Part shown: positions 21,541 through 30,723 of the stretch, one piece after another
How the letters are laid out: each line of letters begins with the position of its first letter
How positions within the stretch are numbered: position 1 is the first letter of the stretch
NCBI GenBank assembly: GCA_014803575.1
Contig: JAAVBO010000006.1
Location: forward strand, 593-40,675
Origin: a bacterium
Lineage (GTDB): Bacteria; Pseudomonadota; Alphaproteobacteria; Rs-D84; CACZYB01
Reading direction: 5' to 3'
Length of the DNA stretch: 40,083 nucleotides
Position numbers and translations under genes: made by a program
The notes under the pieces: generated by a model
What the model saw: only the letters and a program-made list of their open reading frames with translations
The model's database searches: none
Told to the model about the DNA's origin: nothing

Positions 21541-22514
21541 AAAAAATTACTTTTTTAGATTTTATAACTAAAATATTCAGTAATGAAGAGTATATACTTT
21601 TTTATAACTTAGCAGATGTTGTTGACTACCTTTACTATAAAATAAGGTCTGAGGGATCTCATAAATACAAATTTATTGATTACGGTAATGCCAGATTTTC
21701 GGACGGGACTTTGGTGACGAATACAAAGGAAAATCACTTTAAATTTAATACCGAATGTGTAGAGCAGGCAAAAAAAGACAATAAAAATGTTGTTTTATTA
21801 AAAAACTTTCACTCACAACCTGATGGGACTATCAATGGTTGGTTTTACAGAGTATATAAAGATTTAGATTTAAAGTGGAATATTGCCGAACGGCTTTCCC
21901 TTAATGTATATATGGATCAAAATCTTATTAAAAACCTTGATGAAATTGTTGAAAAGGATAAGGGGGAGCATATCACGGAATACAAAGTTCCTTTGAATCT
22001 AATTCAATGTGCGAACAGGCATGATCCGGTGACAATTTATTTTTCAAGACTAAATCCTTCTTTATTACAGGAAATTGTTGATAAAGTGAAACCGTATCTT
22101 AGACCGGAATATTCTTCTGTGATTATTGAAGAGAAAAATCCGTATAATGTTAATTTACCAAAGGGGATTTATTACAATCATGAACCTCAACCGGAGCAGG
22201 TAAAGTTTTTATTGGATAAGGTTAAAAACGTTCTTCCCGATATGGAAAATGAATTAAGGTTAGCTTTACAAATCAGAAGTGACAATATTACAAGTGTTGC
22301 TACATACAGAATTTTAATGCATTATGTATATTTATTTCAAAAATATGCTGATAAAATCGATCCACAATCTGTTTATGATTATTATAAGCAAAGAAAAGAG
22401 GATTATTTGAAATATCATCCTGACTTTGTTATAGCAACGGATAAATTGACTAAACGCATAACGGCCGATGACATTAAAAAATCACTTAAAAAAATTGCGC
22501 AAGAAAGGGATTAA
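21537..22514 (+). CDS. Hypothetical protein (possible HopA1/lyase-like fold)
   Basis: 325-aa ORF with an ATGA overlap with valS. The function is a motif-level inference only. Confidence 0.85.
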   Translation: MKKITFLDFITKIFSNEEYILFYNLADVVDYLYYKIRSEGSHKYKFIDYGNARFSDGTLVTNTKENHFKFNTECVEQAKKDNKNVVLLKNFHSQPDGTINGWFYRVYKDLDLKWNIAERLSLNVYMDQNLIKNLDEIVEKDKGEHITEYKVPLNLIQCANRHDPVTIYFSRLNPSLLQEIVDKVKPYLRPEYSSVIIEEKNPYNVNLPKGIYYNHEPQPEQVKFLLDKVKNVLPDMENELRLALQIRSDNITSVATYRILMHYVYLFQKYADKIDPQSVYDYYKQRKEDYLKYHPDFVIATDKLTKRITADDIKKSLKKIAQERD

Positions 22515-22517
22515 AGG

Positions 22518-23147
22518 ATGGCTGAACTTCTTGATATTTATGATGAAAATGGGAAATATCTTGGGGTGGAGGACAGAAATGTCGTTCATCAAAAGGGACT
22601 TTGGCACAAAACTATTCATTGCTGGATTGTAAAAGACGGCGATAAGATTGTTTTTCAAAAAAGAGGAAGTCATCTTGATGATAATCCTGCAAAACTTTAC
22701 ACTACCGCAAGCGGACATTTGAAGGCAGGCGAAAGTTTGGAAGATGCTTTTAAGCGTGAAACGGCGGAGGAGCTTGGCATACAAATTGAAAATCCGCAAA
22801 GGCTTTTGGAGGTTGTATACAAGGCCGACTTTATTACAAAATCAAACAAAGAATTTCACGACAGAGTTTTTTGCAATATGTATTTTGCGAAATGTGATAT
22901 TCCGCTTTCATCCTACCGTGTGCAGGAGGAGGAGCTTGACGGCGTAGTGGAAATGAAAATCCGTGATGTTATAGATTTATTTGACGGCAAGGTTGAAACG
23001 ATAAAGGGTGCGGGATATTTGGTTGAAAATGGAGCTTTCAAGATGAAGGACCTTGACCTTACAATGGATGATTTTTTGACTGTGCCACCAGAAACTTGCA
23101 AAAGCAAGTATGGTTATGTGTTGGATGCGATTTTGGAAAAACTTTAA
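22518..23147 (+). CDS. Nudix hydrolase (IDI type 1-like subfamily)
   Basis: ELLDIYD...HQKGLWHKTIHCW and Nudix box GHLKAGESLEDAFKRETAEELG. Confidence 0.92.
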   Translation: MAELLDIYDENGKYLGVEDRNVVHQKGLWHKTIHCWIVKDGDKIVFQKRGSHLDDNPAKLYTTASGHLKAGESLEDAFKRETAEELGIQIENPQRLLEVVYKADFITKSNKEFHDRVFCNMYFAKCDIPLSSYRVQEEELDGVVEMKIRDVIDLFDGKVETIKGAGYLVENGAFKMKDLDLTMDDFLTVPPETCKSKYGYVLDAILEKL

Positions 23148-23464
23148 TGAACTTTTATGAAAAAATATATGAGGTTGTGTCATCAATTCCAAAGGGGAAA
23201 GTTGCGACCTATGGGCAAGTTGCATTTATGGCTGGCAACCCGAGGGCGTTCCGTGTTGTAGGATATGCACTTCATAAAAATCCGAAGCCTGGGATAATTC
23301 CTTGCCACAGGGTTGTGAACAGGGACGGAAGGCTTGCCCCAGCATTTGCCTTTGGTGGAGAAAATGCACAACGAAAACTGTTGTTGGCGGAGGGTGTAAA
23401 ATTCCTTTCAAATGGAAATGTGGATATGAAAAATTTTTGTGTTGGTGGCGGAAAAGTGGAATAA
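23147..23464 (+). CDS. MGMT/ATL family O6-alkylguanine DNA-binding or repair protein (single domain, Cys retained)
   Basis: IPKGKVATYGQVA, RVVGYAL, PCHRVV. Likely start is ATG 23147, in a TAATG overlap with the Nudix stop (ORF track gives 23096). Confidence 0.92.
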   Translation: MNFYEKIYEVVSSIPKGKVATYGQVAFMAGNPRAFRVVGYALHKNPKPGIIPCHRVVNRDGRLAPAFAFGGENAQRKLLLAEGVKFLSNGNVDMKNFCVGGGKVE

Positions 23465-23488
23465 AAAAGCCCCTCTTTTGAAGGGCTT
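23465..23488. terminator. Bidirectional terminator
   Basis: aaagccc...gggcttt between convergent genes, flanked by A and T tracts. Confidence 0.7.
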
Positions 23489-23493
23489 TGTTT

Positions 23494-24108
23494 TTATTCT
23501 TTTATAAGGTTTCCATTTTCATCGTATTTCTTTTTATAAATCTCTTCACCATCTTTGTAACCTGTTTCAGATAGTGGTGTTCCATCTTTATCATACATTA
23601 TCATTTTAGTTTTTTTCTTGTTTTCATCAAAAAAAGTTGTTGATACAAGCTGACCTTTTGGGACATAAAAATTACCAGATACAAGTTTACCATTCTCAGA
23701 AAAACCTTCAATCCATATATCTCCGGTATCGTAATATTTTTTGTCTTTTATAAGGTTTCCATTTTCATCGTATTCTTTTTGCCAATCTTTAACGCCTTTT
23801 TCGTAATAGATTTCTTTTTGTAATTTGCCATTTGGTTTATATAATTTCACTATTCCATGTTTTTTTCCATCTTTTAACGGTATCTCATCTGAAATTTGTC
23901 CACTAGTATAATACATTCTACCTATATTATCATCTCTATAAGTGAAAAGTTCACCAGTTTCATAGTATAATTTATTCCATACCTCTTTATCTTCTATATA
24001 TAAAATTTCTTCTTTAATATTTCCATTCTCGTAATATTCCCTTTTTATTTCATTATTTGTTGCGCAGGCGGAAAGTATGCACAAAAGCATTGCCAAGATT
24101 TTTTTCAT
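23494..24108 (-). CDS. MORN-variant repeat (YwqK-like) lipoprotein
   Basis: Start MKKILAMLLCILSAC (lipobox LSA-C) after an AGGAGG RBS. Repeated YYENG, YYETG, YKPNGKL and YDENGNL units. Confidence 0.88.
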   Translation of the reverse strand: MKKILAMLLCILSACATNNEIKREYYENGNIKEEILYIEDKEVWNKLYYETGELFTYRDDNIGRMYYTSGQISDEIPLKDGKKHGIVKLYKPNGKLQKEIYYEKGVKDWQKEYDENGNLIKDKKYYDTGDIWIEGFSENGKLVSGNFYVPKGQLVSTTFFDENKKKTKMIMYDKDGTPLSETGYKDGEEIYKKKYDENGNLIKE

Positions 24109-24137
24109 TTCTCCTCCTTTTAATTTCGCCAATCCTA

Positions 24138-25778
24138 TTATAGCATATATTTTAGTTTTAAGCAAGCCTTTACCAATGCGTCAAATATTGGTGATGGTGC
24201 GAATGGGCGAGATTTGAATTCTGGGTGGAATTGACCCGCGATAAAGAACTTATGCTCTGGGATTTCAATTATCTCTGGAAGTTTGCCATCGGGGGAACGA
24301 CCACTTATGATTACGCCCTTTTTCTTTAATTCGTCTTCGTATTTGATATTCATTTCATAACGGTGGCGGTGGCGTTCTTCAATTTCCTCTGCCCCATAAA
24401 TTTTATGTGCCAAAGATTTTGGGGTGATTTTGCATTTATAACTGCCAAGACGGAGAGTTCCGCCCTTGTCCGTGTTTTCATCGCGAATCTCCTTTTTACC
24501 ATTGTTTTCCCATTCGGTGATAAGGGAGATAATAGGAGTACAATCGTTTGTAAATTCGGTTGAGTTTGCATCTTTTATACCCAACAAGTGGCGAGCCATT
24601 TCAATGACTGCAACTTGCATACCAAGACATATTCCAAGGTATGGGATGTCGTTTTCTCTTGCATATTGGGCAGCCTTTATTTTGCCCTCTACTCCACGAT
24701 GACCGAATCCTCCTGGGACAATCATACCATTTATATCGGCAAAGGTATTTTTAAGTTCGGTTTCGTTCATTGTTTCTAAATCTTCGGCATTTATCCATTT
24801 GATATTTATTTTTGTTTCGTTGTTGATACCGGCGTGATAGACGGCCTCGTTTAATGATTTATAGGCGTCTGGGAATCCGCAATATTTTGCAACAATACCG
24901 ATTGTGATTTCGTTTTTCCAGTTGCCGATTATGTTTTCGATTTTTTTCCATTTTTCCATTTGTGGGCTTGACGCTTTATCAAGCATATTAAAATAGGTTA
25001 AGATTCTGTCGTCCAGACCTTCGCTGTGATAAACTGATGGGATTTTGTAAATGCTGTTCACATCAGGTGCAGAAATTACATCTTCCGGTTTAACATTACA
25101 GAACATTGCGATTTTTCTTTTCTCGTCTGCTGGGATAGGATTATCGCTTCGGCAAAGAATTAAGTTAGGGAAAAGTCCCAACTCTAACAACTTTCGGACC
25201 GATTGTTGGGTAGGTTTGGTTTTTACCTCTGATGCTGTTTTTATATATGGGACAAGTGTCAAGTGGATAAGCATAGCATTTTCACGGCCAACCTGATTTA
25301 TGAATTGGCGGACACCTTCCAACAATAGGACACCTTCCATATCGCCGACTGTTCCACCTATTTCATAGATAACAAAGTCTTCGTCGTGTAAATCCGAGGA
25401 AATAAAGTTTTTTACTTCGTTTGTAATGTGTGGGATTGCTTGGACTGTGGCTCCAAGGTATTCGCCTTGTCTTTCCTTTGTTAAAACATTCCAATATATG
25501 CGACCGCCGGAGATACTGTCGGTTTTATGGCAGGAGGTTCCTGTAAATCTTTCATAATGACCCAAATCCAAATCTGTTTCGGCACCGTCATCGGTAACAA
25601 AAACTTCACCGTGTTGGAATGGGGACATTGTTCCCGGATCAACATTTAAGTATGGATCCATTTTGCGCATACGAATAGAATAACCTCTTGATTGAAGAAG
25701 TGTTCCGATTGAAGCAGATGCGATTCCTTTTCCAAGTGATGATACGACTCCGCCGGTTATAAAAATATATTTAGTCAT
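24138..25778 (-). CDS. pyrG: CTP synthase
   Basis: 546 aa. TGGVVSSLGKG, DPYLNVDPGTMSP, KTKPTQ, GICLGMQ, ERHRHRYE, QFHPEF. Confidence 0.99.
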   Translation of the reverse strand: MTKYIFITGGVVSSLGKGIASASIGTLLQSRGYSIRMRKMDPYLNVDPGTMSPFQHGEVFVTDDGAETDLDLGHYERFTGTSCHKTDSISGGRIYWNVLTKERQGEYLGATVQAIPHITNEVKNFISSDLHDEDFVIYEIGGTVGDMEGVLLLEGVRQFINQVGRENAMLIHLTLVPYIKTASEVKTKPTQQSVRKLLELGLFPNLILCRSDNPIPADEKRKIAMFCNVKPEDVISAPDVNSIYKIPSVYHSEGLDDRILTYFNMLDKASSPQMEKWKKIENIIGNWKNEITIGIVAKYCGFPDAYKSLNEAVYHAGINNETKINIKWINAEDLETMNETELKNTFADINGMIVPGGFGHRGVEGKIKAAQYARENDIPYLGICLGMQVAVIEMARHLLGIKDANSTEFTNDCTPIISLITEWENNGKKEIRDENTDKGGTLRLGSYKCKITPKSLAHKIYGAEEIEERHRHRYEMNIKYEDELKKKGVIISGRSPDGKLPEIIEIPEHKFFIAGQFHPEFKSRPFAPSPIFDALVKACLKLKYML

Positions 25779-25867
25779 TATATGTCTCCATTTCCCTTTT
25801 TTTTGATTTTATCTTTGTTTTGAAGATAAAATAAGTTCATATATTTTTTCACCTATATAAAGATAAA

Positions 25868-25885
25868 GCCCCCAAATTTGGGGGC
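25868..25885 (-). terminator. Terminator of the ribosomal superoperon
   Basis: gccccca-aatt-tgggggc perfect palindrome just after the rplQ stop, followed by TTTATCTTT. Confidence 0.75.
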
Positions 25886-25895
25886 GTAAAATTCT

Positions 25896-26459
25896 TTATT
25901 TTCCGATGACTTTTCTATGGGAAGTTGTTTTTGTGGTTGAACCACTTGCTCCCTTTTTAGCTTTTACATCAGTTGCTTTTATATCCTTTGTTGTTTTTGC
26001 GGTTTCCTTTTTTACAACCTTTTCTTTTGTTTCGGTTACTGTTTTTTCGGATTCCTTTTGCTTTGCAATAAATTCTTTTTGTTTTGCACCTTTTGCCTTT
26101 GTATCTCTGTCTACAAATTCAATAATTGCAAGAGGAGCACAATCGCCGTAGCGAAGACCTGATTTTAACACTCTTGTATAACCACCGTTACGTGATGCGT
26201 AGCGTTTACCAAGTGTTTCAAAAAGTTTTTTTACAATTTCTTCTGAACGAAGGAATGCTACAGCTTGTCTTCTTGCTGCCAAAGTATCTTTTTTAGCAAG
26301 AGTTATCATTTTATCAGCAAAAGAACGAAGGTCCTTTGCCTTTGGCAATGTTGTTGTGATTTGTTCATGTTCAATTAAAGAACAAGCAAGATTTGAAAAT
26401 AATGCTTTTCTGTGTGATTTTGTGCGGTTAAGTTTTCTACCACTCATATTATGTCTCAT
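25896..26459 (-). CDS. rplQ: 50S ribosomal protein L17 (Lys/Thr-rich C-terminal extension)
   Basis: [30 protein letters not shown]. Confidence 0.98.
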   Translation of the reverse strand: MRHNMSGRKLNRTKSHRKALFSNLACSLIEHEQITTTLPKAKDLRSFADKMITLAKKDTLAARRQAVAFLRSEEIVKKLFETLGKRYASRNGGYTRVLKSGLRYGDCAPLAIIEFVDRDTKAKGAKQKEFIAKQKESEKTVTETKEKVVKKETAKTTKDIKATDVKAKKGASGSTTKTTSHRKVIGK

Positions 26460-26540
26460 TTTGACCTCTTTCTTTTGTTGTAGTGTTGACTGGCAACACG
26501 GATTATTATTTTAAATACTGCCGAATTACTTCAAACAATA

Positions 26541-26741
26541 TTATTTTTTACCTTTGGAACCTTCCATTATTAAGTCGGCACCCAATGCTGTATGAATCAT
26601 TTGTTCAGCTTGCATTTTTGTGCCTAATGTTTTGGTTCCTAAAAGAAAAGTTCCACTTGCAACAGAAAGAAGAAGGATTGATGCAAAAATCAACTTTAAT
26701 ACAATAACCCAAAAACTTTCTTTCTTTTTTTCTTCTGCCAT
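26541..26741 (-). CDS. Small hypothetical membrane protein between rpoA and rplQ
   Basis: 66 aa with one hydrophobic helix. TAAGG RBS, 21 nt after the rpoA stop, co-oriented with the operon. Confidence 0.72.
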   Translation of the reverse strand: MAEEKKKESFWVIVLKLIFASILLLSVASGTFLLGTKTLGTKMQAEQMIHTALGADLIMEGSKGKK

Positions 26742-26762
26742 AGCGGAACCTTACTTTAATTC

Positions 26763-27782
26763 TTATTTATATGGATTTTCAAATTTCTTTGAAAGTTCTT
26801 CTATATTTTCAGGTGGCCATCCTGGGACTTCCATACCTAAATATAGACCCATAATTCCAAGTTGTTCCTTGATTTCGTTTAAAGACTTTCTTCCGAAGTT
26901 TGGAGTCTTTAACATATCGTTTTCTGTTTTTTGAACAAGTTCACCGATGTAAACGATATTATCATTTTTCAAGCAGTTATTTGCACGAACTGATAATTCA
27001 AGTTCATCAACCTTTTTAAGAAGGATTTTGTTGAATGGTAATTCTTCTTCAACTTCTTCTTTTTGAACGACTTCAGGATCTTCAAAATTAACAAACAAGC
27101 CAAGTTGATCTATTAAAATACGACCTGCAAGTGCAAGAGCATCTTCCGGTTTTACGGCACCGTTTGTTTTAACTGTCATAACAAGTTTATCATAATCTGT
27201 TTTTTGACCAACACGAGCTTGTTCAACATTTGAAGCAACATTTAAAACAGGTGAGAAGATAGAATCAACAGGGATATAACCGATTGGCATATCAGCCTTT
27301 TTGTTTTCTTCTGCTGTTCTATAACCTTTACCATTTTCAACGAAAAATTCGATATTAAGATTTGCTGTACTGTCAAGGTGACAGATTACGAAATCTTTGT
27401 TGATAATTTCAGTTTCGCTTGATGTTTCAATCATACCTGCAGTTACAACTTGAGCACCTTGTGCCTTTAAAGTCATTTTCTTAGGATGATTTGATTCAGA
27501 TTTTAAAACTATTTGTTTAATGTTTAAAATTAAATCGATAACATCTTCTTTTACACCTGGGATAGAACCGAATTCATGAAGAACTCCGTCGATTTTAACA
27601 CCAACGATTGCGGTTCCTTGAAGTGAAGACAATAAAACTCTTCTTAGAGCAGTTCCAAGTGTTAATCCAAAACCTTTTTCAAGAGGCTCTGCTACAAGAA
27701 CAGCCATATTTTTGTTTGTGTCTTCTTTTTCAACTATAACCTTTTCTGGCTTTATTAAATCTAACCAATTATTTTGTATCAA
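26763..27782 (-). CDS. rpoA: DNA-directed RNA polymerase subunit alpha
   Basis: [49 protein letters not shown] start. Confidence 0.99.
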   Translation of the reverse strand: MIQNNWLDLIKPEKVIVEKEDTNKNMAVLVAEPLEKGFGLTLGTALRRVLLSSLQGTAIVGVKIDGVLHEFGSIPGVKEDVIDLILNIKQIVLKSESNHPKKMTLKAQGAQVVTAGMIETSSETEIINKDFVICHLDSTANLNIEFFVENGKGYRTAEENKKADMPIGYIPVDSIFSPVLNVASNVEQARVGQKTDYDKLVMTVKTNGAVKPEDALALAGRILIDQLGLFVNFEDPEVVQKEEVEEELPFNKILLKKVDELELSVRANNCLKNDNIVYIGELVQKTENDMLKTPNFGRKSLNEIKEQLGIMGLYLGMEVPGWPPENIEELSKKFENPYK

Positions 27783-27813
27783 TTTTGCCCCCGTTTGTTT
27801 GCTTTGTTAATTA

Positions 27814-28212
27814 TTATACTCTTCTTGGTTTCTTTGCACGACAACCATTGTGAGGAATTTTTGTGATATCTGTAATTCCGTTGATTGTAATACCCAAAGT
27901 TTGAAGTGTGCGAACAGCAGCTTCACGACCTGAACCAGGTCCTTCAAGTTTTACATCCAAGTAACGGATACCATTTTCCATAGCTTTTCTTCCTGCGTTT
28001 TCTGCTGTTACTTGTGCAGCATAAGGTGTTGATTTTTTTGCACCGTTAAAGCTGTTTGCACCAGCAGTTGACCAAGAAATTACATTTCCCTGCATATCGG
28101 TGATTGTAATTCTTGTATTGTTAAAAGTAGCAAGAATGTATGCTATACCATTTGATATATTCTTTTTTTCTTTCTTTTTAGTTGAAAAAGTGCTTGTTTT
28201 ATTTTCAGCCAT
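27814..28212 (-). CDS. rpsK: 30S ribosomal protein S11
   Basis: [27 protein letters not shown]. Confidence 0.99.
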   Translation of the reverse strand: MAENKTSTFSTKKKEKKNISNGIAYILATFNNTRITITDMQGNVISWSTAGANSFNGAKKSTPYAAQVTAENAGRKAMENGIRYLDVKLEGPGSGREAAVRTLQTLGITINGITDITKIPHNGCRAKKPRRV

Positions 28213-28226
28213 TTTTTATCCTTTTA

Positions 28227-28604
28227 TTATTTTGAAACTGTTTTCTTACCGGCTACAGGAATTGCCTTGCCTTTTCTTGTTCTTGCATTAGTTTTTGTTC
28301 TTTGTCCATGAACAGGAAGTCTTTTTGTGTGGCGGATTCCTCTATAACATCTCATATCTTGAAGTTGTTTGATGTTCATAGAAACTTCACGTCTTTTATC
28401 GCCTTCTACGGAAAAATTCTTGTCAATGTATTCGCGTATTTTGAAAACCTGATCATCAGTTAATTCATGAACACGGATACTTGGTTTTATTTTCAAAGCA
28501 ACACAGATTTTCTCTGCTGTTTTGGGTCCAATACCATATATATAAGTTAGTGCTATATTAACACATTTTTCGGTCGGAATATTTACACCTGCTATACGAG
28601 CCAA
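28227..28604 (-). CDS. rpsM: 30S ribosomal protein S13
   Basis: [37 protein letters not shown] start. Confidence 0.99.
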   Translation of the reverse strand: MARIAGVNIPTEKCVNIALTYIYGIGPKTAEKICVALKIKPSIRVHELTDDQVFKIREYIDKNFSVEGDKRREVSMNIKQLQDMRCYRGIRHTKRLPVHGQRTKTNARTRKGKAIPVAGKKTVSK

Positions 28605-28669
28605 ATTCGTTCTCCTTGTTTATATTTTCTTTATATTTATATTCATTTTTATACATCAAAGATGTATAT

Positions 28670-28697
28670 ATATTAAGCATATTTTTCAATATGTCAA
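28670..28697 (-). promoter_or_regulatory. Candidate alpha-operon (rpsM) promoter
   Basis: TTGACA-N16-TAATAT in the adk-rpsM gap, followed by the hairpin tatacatc-aaa-gatgtata (28650-28668). Confidence 0.55.
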
Positions 28698-28704
28698 TAA
28701 TTTT

Positions 28705-29361
28705 TTAAAATAAAAGCTTTTCTAATTCTTTAGTTACTTCTTCAACGGAAAGATTAGTTGCTTCTAATTCTACTAACAATTTTTTTTCCTTATAAAAGTC
28801 AATTATAGGTTGAACCTCAGAAAAATATTGTTTTAATCTTGTTTTTACGATTTCAGGTTTATCATCACTTCTTCTTTTAAATTCATGAGATCCACAGTTA
28901 TCACAAACACCCTCCACTTTTGGAAGATTAAATTCATCGTGATAATTGTATCCACATTTTGCGCAAGAAAAACGACCTGAAATACGGCGAATTGTTTCTT
29001 CTTCTGCAATTGTTATTAAAGCAGCCTTTGACAAAGATATATTAAAATATGATAAAGTATCTTGCAAAGCATAAACTTGGTTTATGGTTCTTGGGTATCC
29101 GTCAAGGATAAATCCCTTTGATAAATCAATGGAAGATAATTTTTCCTTTACAACTTCGTTTGTAATTGCATCCGGAACCAAAAATCCATTATCCATTATG
29201 TTTTTTACCTTTAAACCCATTTCGGTTTCCTCTGCCATTGCATCACGGAAAATTTGACCGGTTGAAAGGTGATACATACCGTATTTTTTGCATAAAATTT
29301 CGGCTTGTGTACCCTTACCTGCGGCGATAGGACCTATGAATGTAAAGTATTTATTTTCCAT
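28705..29361 (-). CDS. adk: Adenylate kinase (Zn-binding LID)
   Basis: GPIAAGKGTQA, LDGYPRT, CAKC-x16-CDNC, RSDD. Confidence 0.98.
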   Translation of the reverse strand: MENKYFTFIGPIAAGKGTQAEILCKKYGMYHLSTGQIFRDAMAEETEMGLKVKNIMDNGFLVPDAITNEVVKEKLSSIDLSKGFILDGYPRTINQVYALQDTLSYFNISLSKAALITIAEEETIRRISGRFSCAKCGYNYHDEFNLPKVEGVCDNCGSHEFKRRSDDKPEIVKTRLKQYFSEVQPIIDFYKEKKLLVELEATNLSVEEVTKELEKLLF

Positions 29362-30713
29362 TATCTTACAAACCTTCTTTTTATTTTGTTTGAATTTTTA
29401 ATTATTCCCTGATATTGACCGGAAATAAGGTATGATTGAATTTGTGCTACTGTTTCTGTAATAACATTACATACGATTAATAATGTTGTTCCACCGAGAT
29501 AGAAAGGAACGCCAAATTTATCAATCATGAAATCAGGAAGTAAGCACAAGATAACTAAGTAAATTGAACCGACAACTGTAATTCTTGTTAATACATAGTC
29601 AAGATATTCTGCTGTTGCCTTTCCTGGGCGAATACCAGGGATAAATCCACCATAATTTTTAAGATTTTCTGCTGTTTCCTCTGGATTAAATTGTATTGCA
29701 GTATAGAAGAAAGAGAAAAATATGATTAATGCTGCATATATTACAAAATATGTAGGAGATTGTCTATTTAATTGTCCTGCAATAAAACGCAACCATTCCG
29801 GCGATTTATCAGAAATGAATGATGTTAACATTGCCGGAATTGCAAGAAGTGAGCCTGCAAAAATTGGTGGTATAACACCGGCTGTGTTTAATTTTAATGG
29901 AAGATGAGAAGAGTTAGATTGTCCTCCCATACCCATTGCTTGTTTTGGGTAATGAATTAAAATTCTGCGTTGTGCAAGTTCCATAAATACAACGAAAAGA
30001 ACAACTGCAACCAACAAAATAATTATAAGTAAAAAGATTAAAGGTTGGATTTGTCCGACTTTTCCAAGTTCAATAGTTTTTACAATTGCTGATGGAAGAT
30101 TCGCTATAATACCTATAAAAATTATAAGTGATGATCCTTGACCAATGCCGTGAGCGGTAATTTGTTCACCCATCCACATAACAAGCATTGTTCCCCCAAG
30201 AAGACTTACTATTGTTGAAAACTTGAAGAAAAATCCAGGATTAATTACAGCAGAAACACCGTTTGAACCTGCCAAATGCTCAAGTCCGACACCTATTCCA
30301 TAAGCTTGAACCATACAAATTGCAACGGTTAAATAGCGAGTATATTGATTCATTTTTTCACGACCACTTTCACCTTCTTTTTTTAATTCCATTAAAGATG
30401 GAGTAATTGTTGCCATCAATGAAATTATAATAGAAGCTGAAATATAAGGCATAATGTTTAATGCAAAAATGGTCATTCTTGATAAAGAACCACCGGTAAA
30501 AACATCAAACATACTTAAAATACCGCCGTTTGCCTGACTGTCAAAAAAGCTTTTAACAATAGATGCGTCTACACCCGGAAGAGGAATGAAAGAACCTAAT
30601 CTATACAAAATAAGGATAAAAAGTGTGAATAAAATTCTACGTTTTAAATCCTTTGCTTTTTTGAAATCATCAAAGGTTATATTTGATGCCAATTTTTCAG
30701 CCAATGAAACCAT
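29361..30713 (-). CDS. secY: Preprotein translocase subunit SecY
   Basis: IFALNIMPYISASII, GVIPPIFA, GGFIPGIRPG; ~10 TM segments. Confidence 0.99.
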   Translation of the reverse strand: MVSLAEKLASNITFDDFKKAKDLKRRILFTLFILILYRLGSFIPLPGVDASIVKSFFDSQANGGILSMFDVFTGGSLSRMTIFALNIMPYISASIIISLMATITPSLMELKKEGESGREKMNQYTRYLTVAICMVQAYGIGVGLEHLAGSNGVSAVINPGFFFKFSTIVSLLGGTMLVMWMGEQITAHGIGQGSSLIIFIGIIANLPSAIVKTIELGKVGQIQPLIFLLIIILLVAVVLFVVFMELAQRRILIHYPKQAMGMGGQSNSSHLPLKLNTAGVIPPIFAGSLLAIPAMLTSFISDKSPEWLRFIAGQLNRQSPTYFVIYAALIIFFSFFYTAIQFNPEETAENLKNYGGFIPGIRPGKATAEYLDYVLTRITVVGSIYLVILCLLPDFMIDKFGVPFYLGGTTLLIVCNVITETVAQIQSYLISGQYQGIIKNSNKIKRRFVR

Positions 30714-30723
30714 AAACTACCCC

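Noticed and set aside
23494-24165. YwqK-like gene as part of a toxin-antitoxin or polymorphic toxin system; longer start overlapping pyrG
   Set aside because: No neighbouring toxin gene is present (flanked by pyrG and a convergent MGMT gene). The ATG at 24108, with RBS and lipobox, is the better start.
26763-29361. Absence of rpsD, infA, rpmJ and map from the secY-adk-rpsM-rpsK-rpoA region
   Set aside because: This is the standard alphaproteobacterial arrangement, not gene loss specific to this genome.
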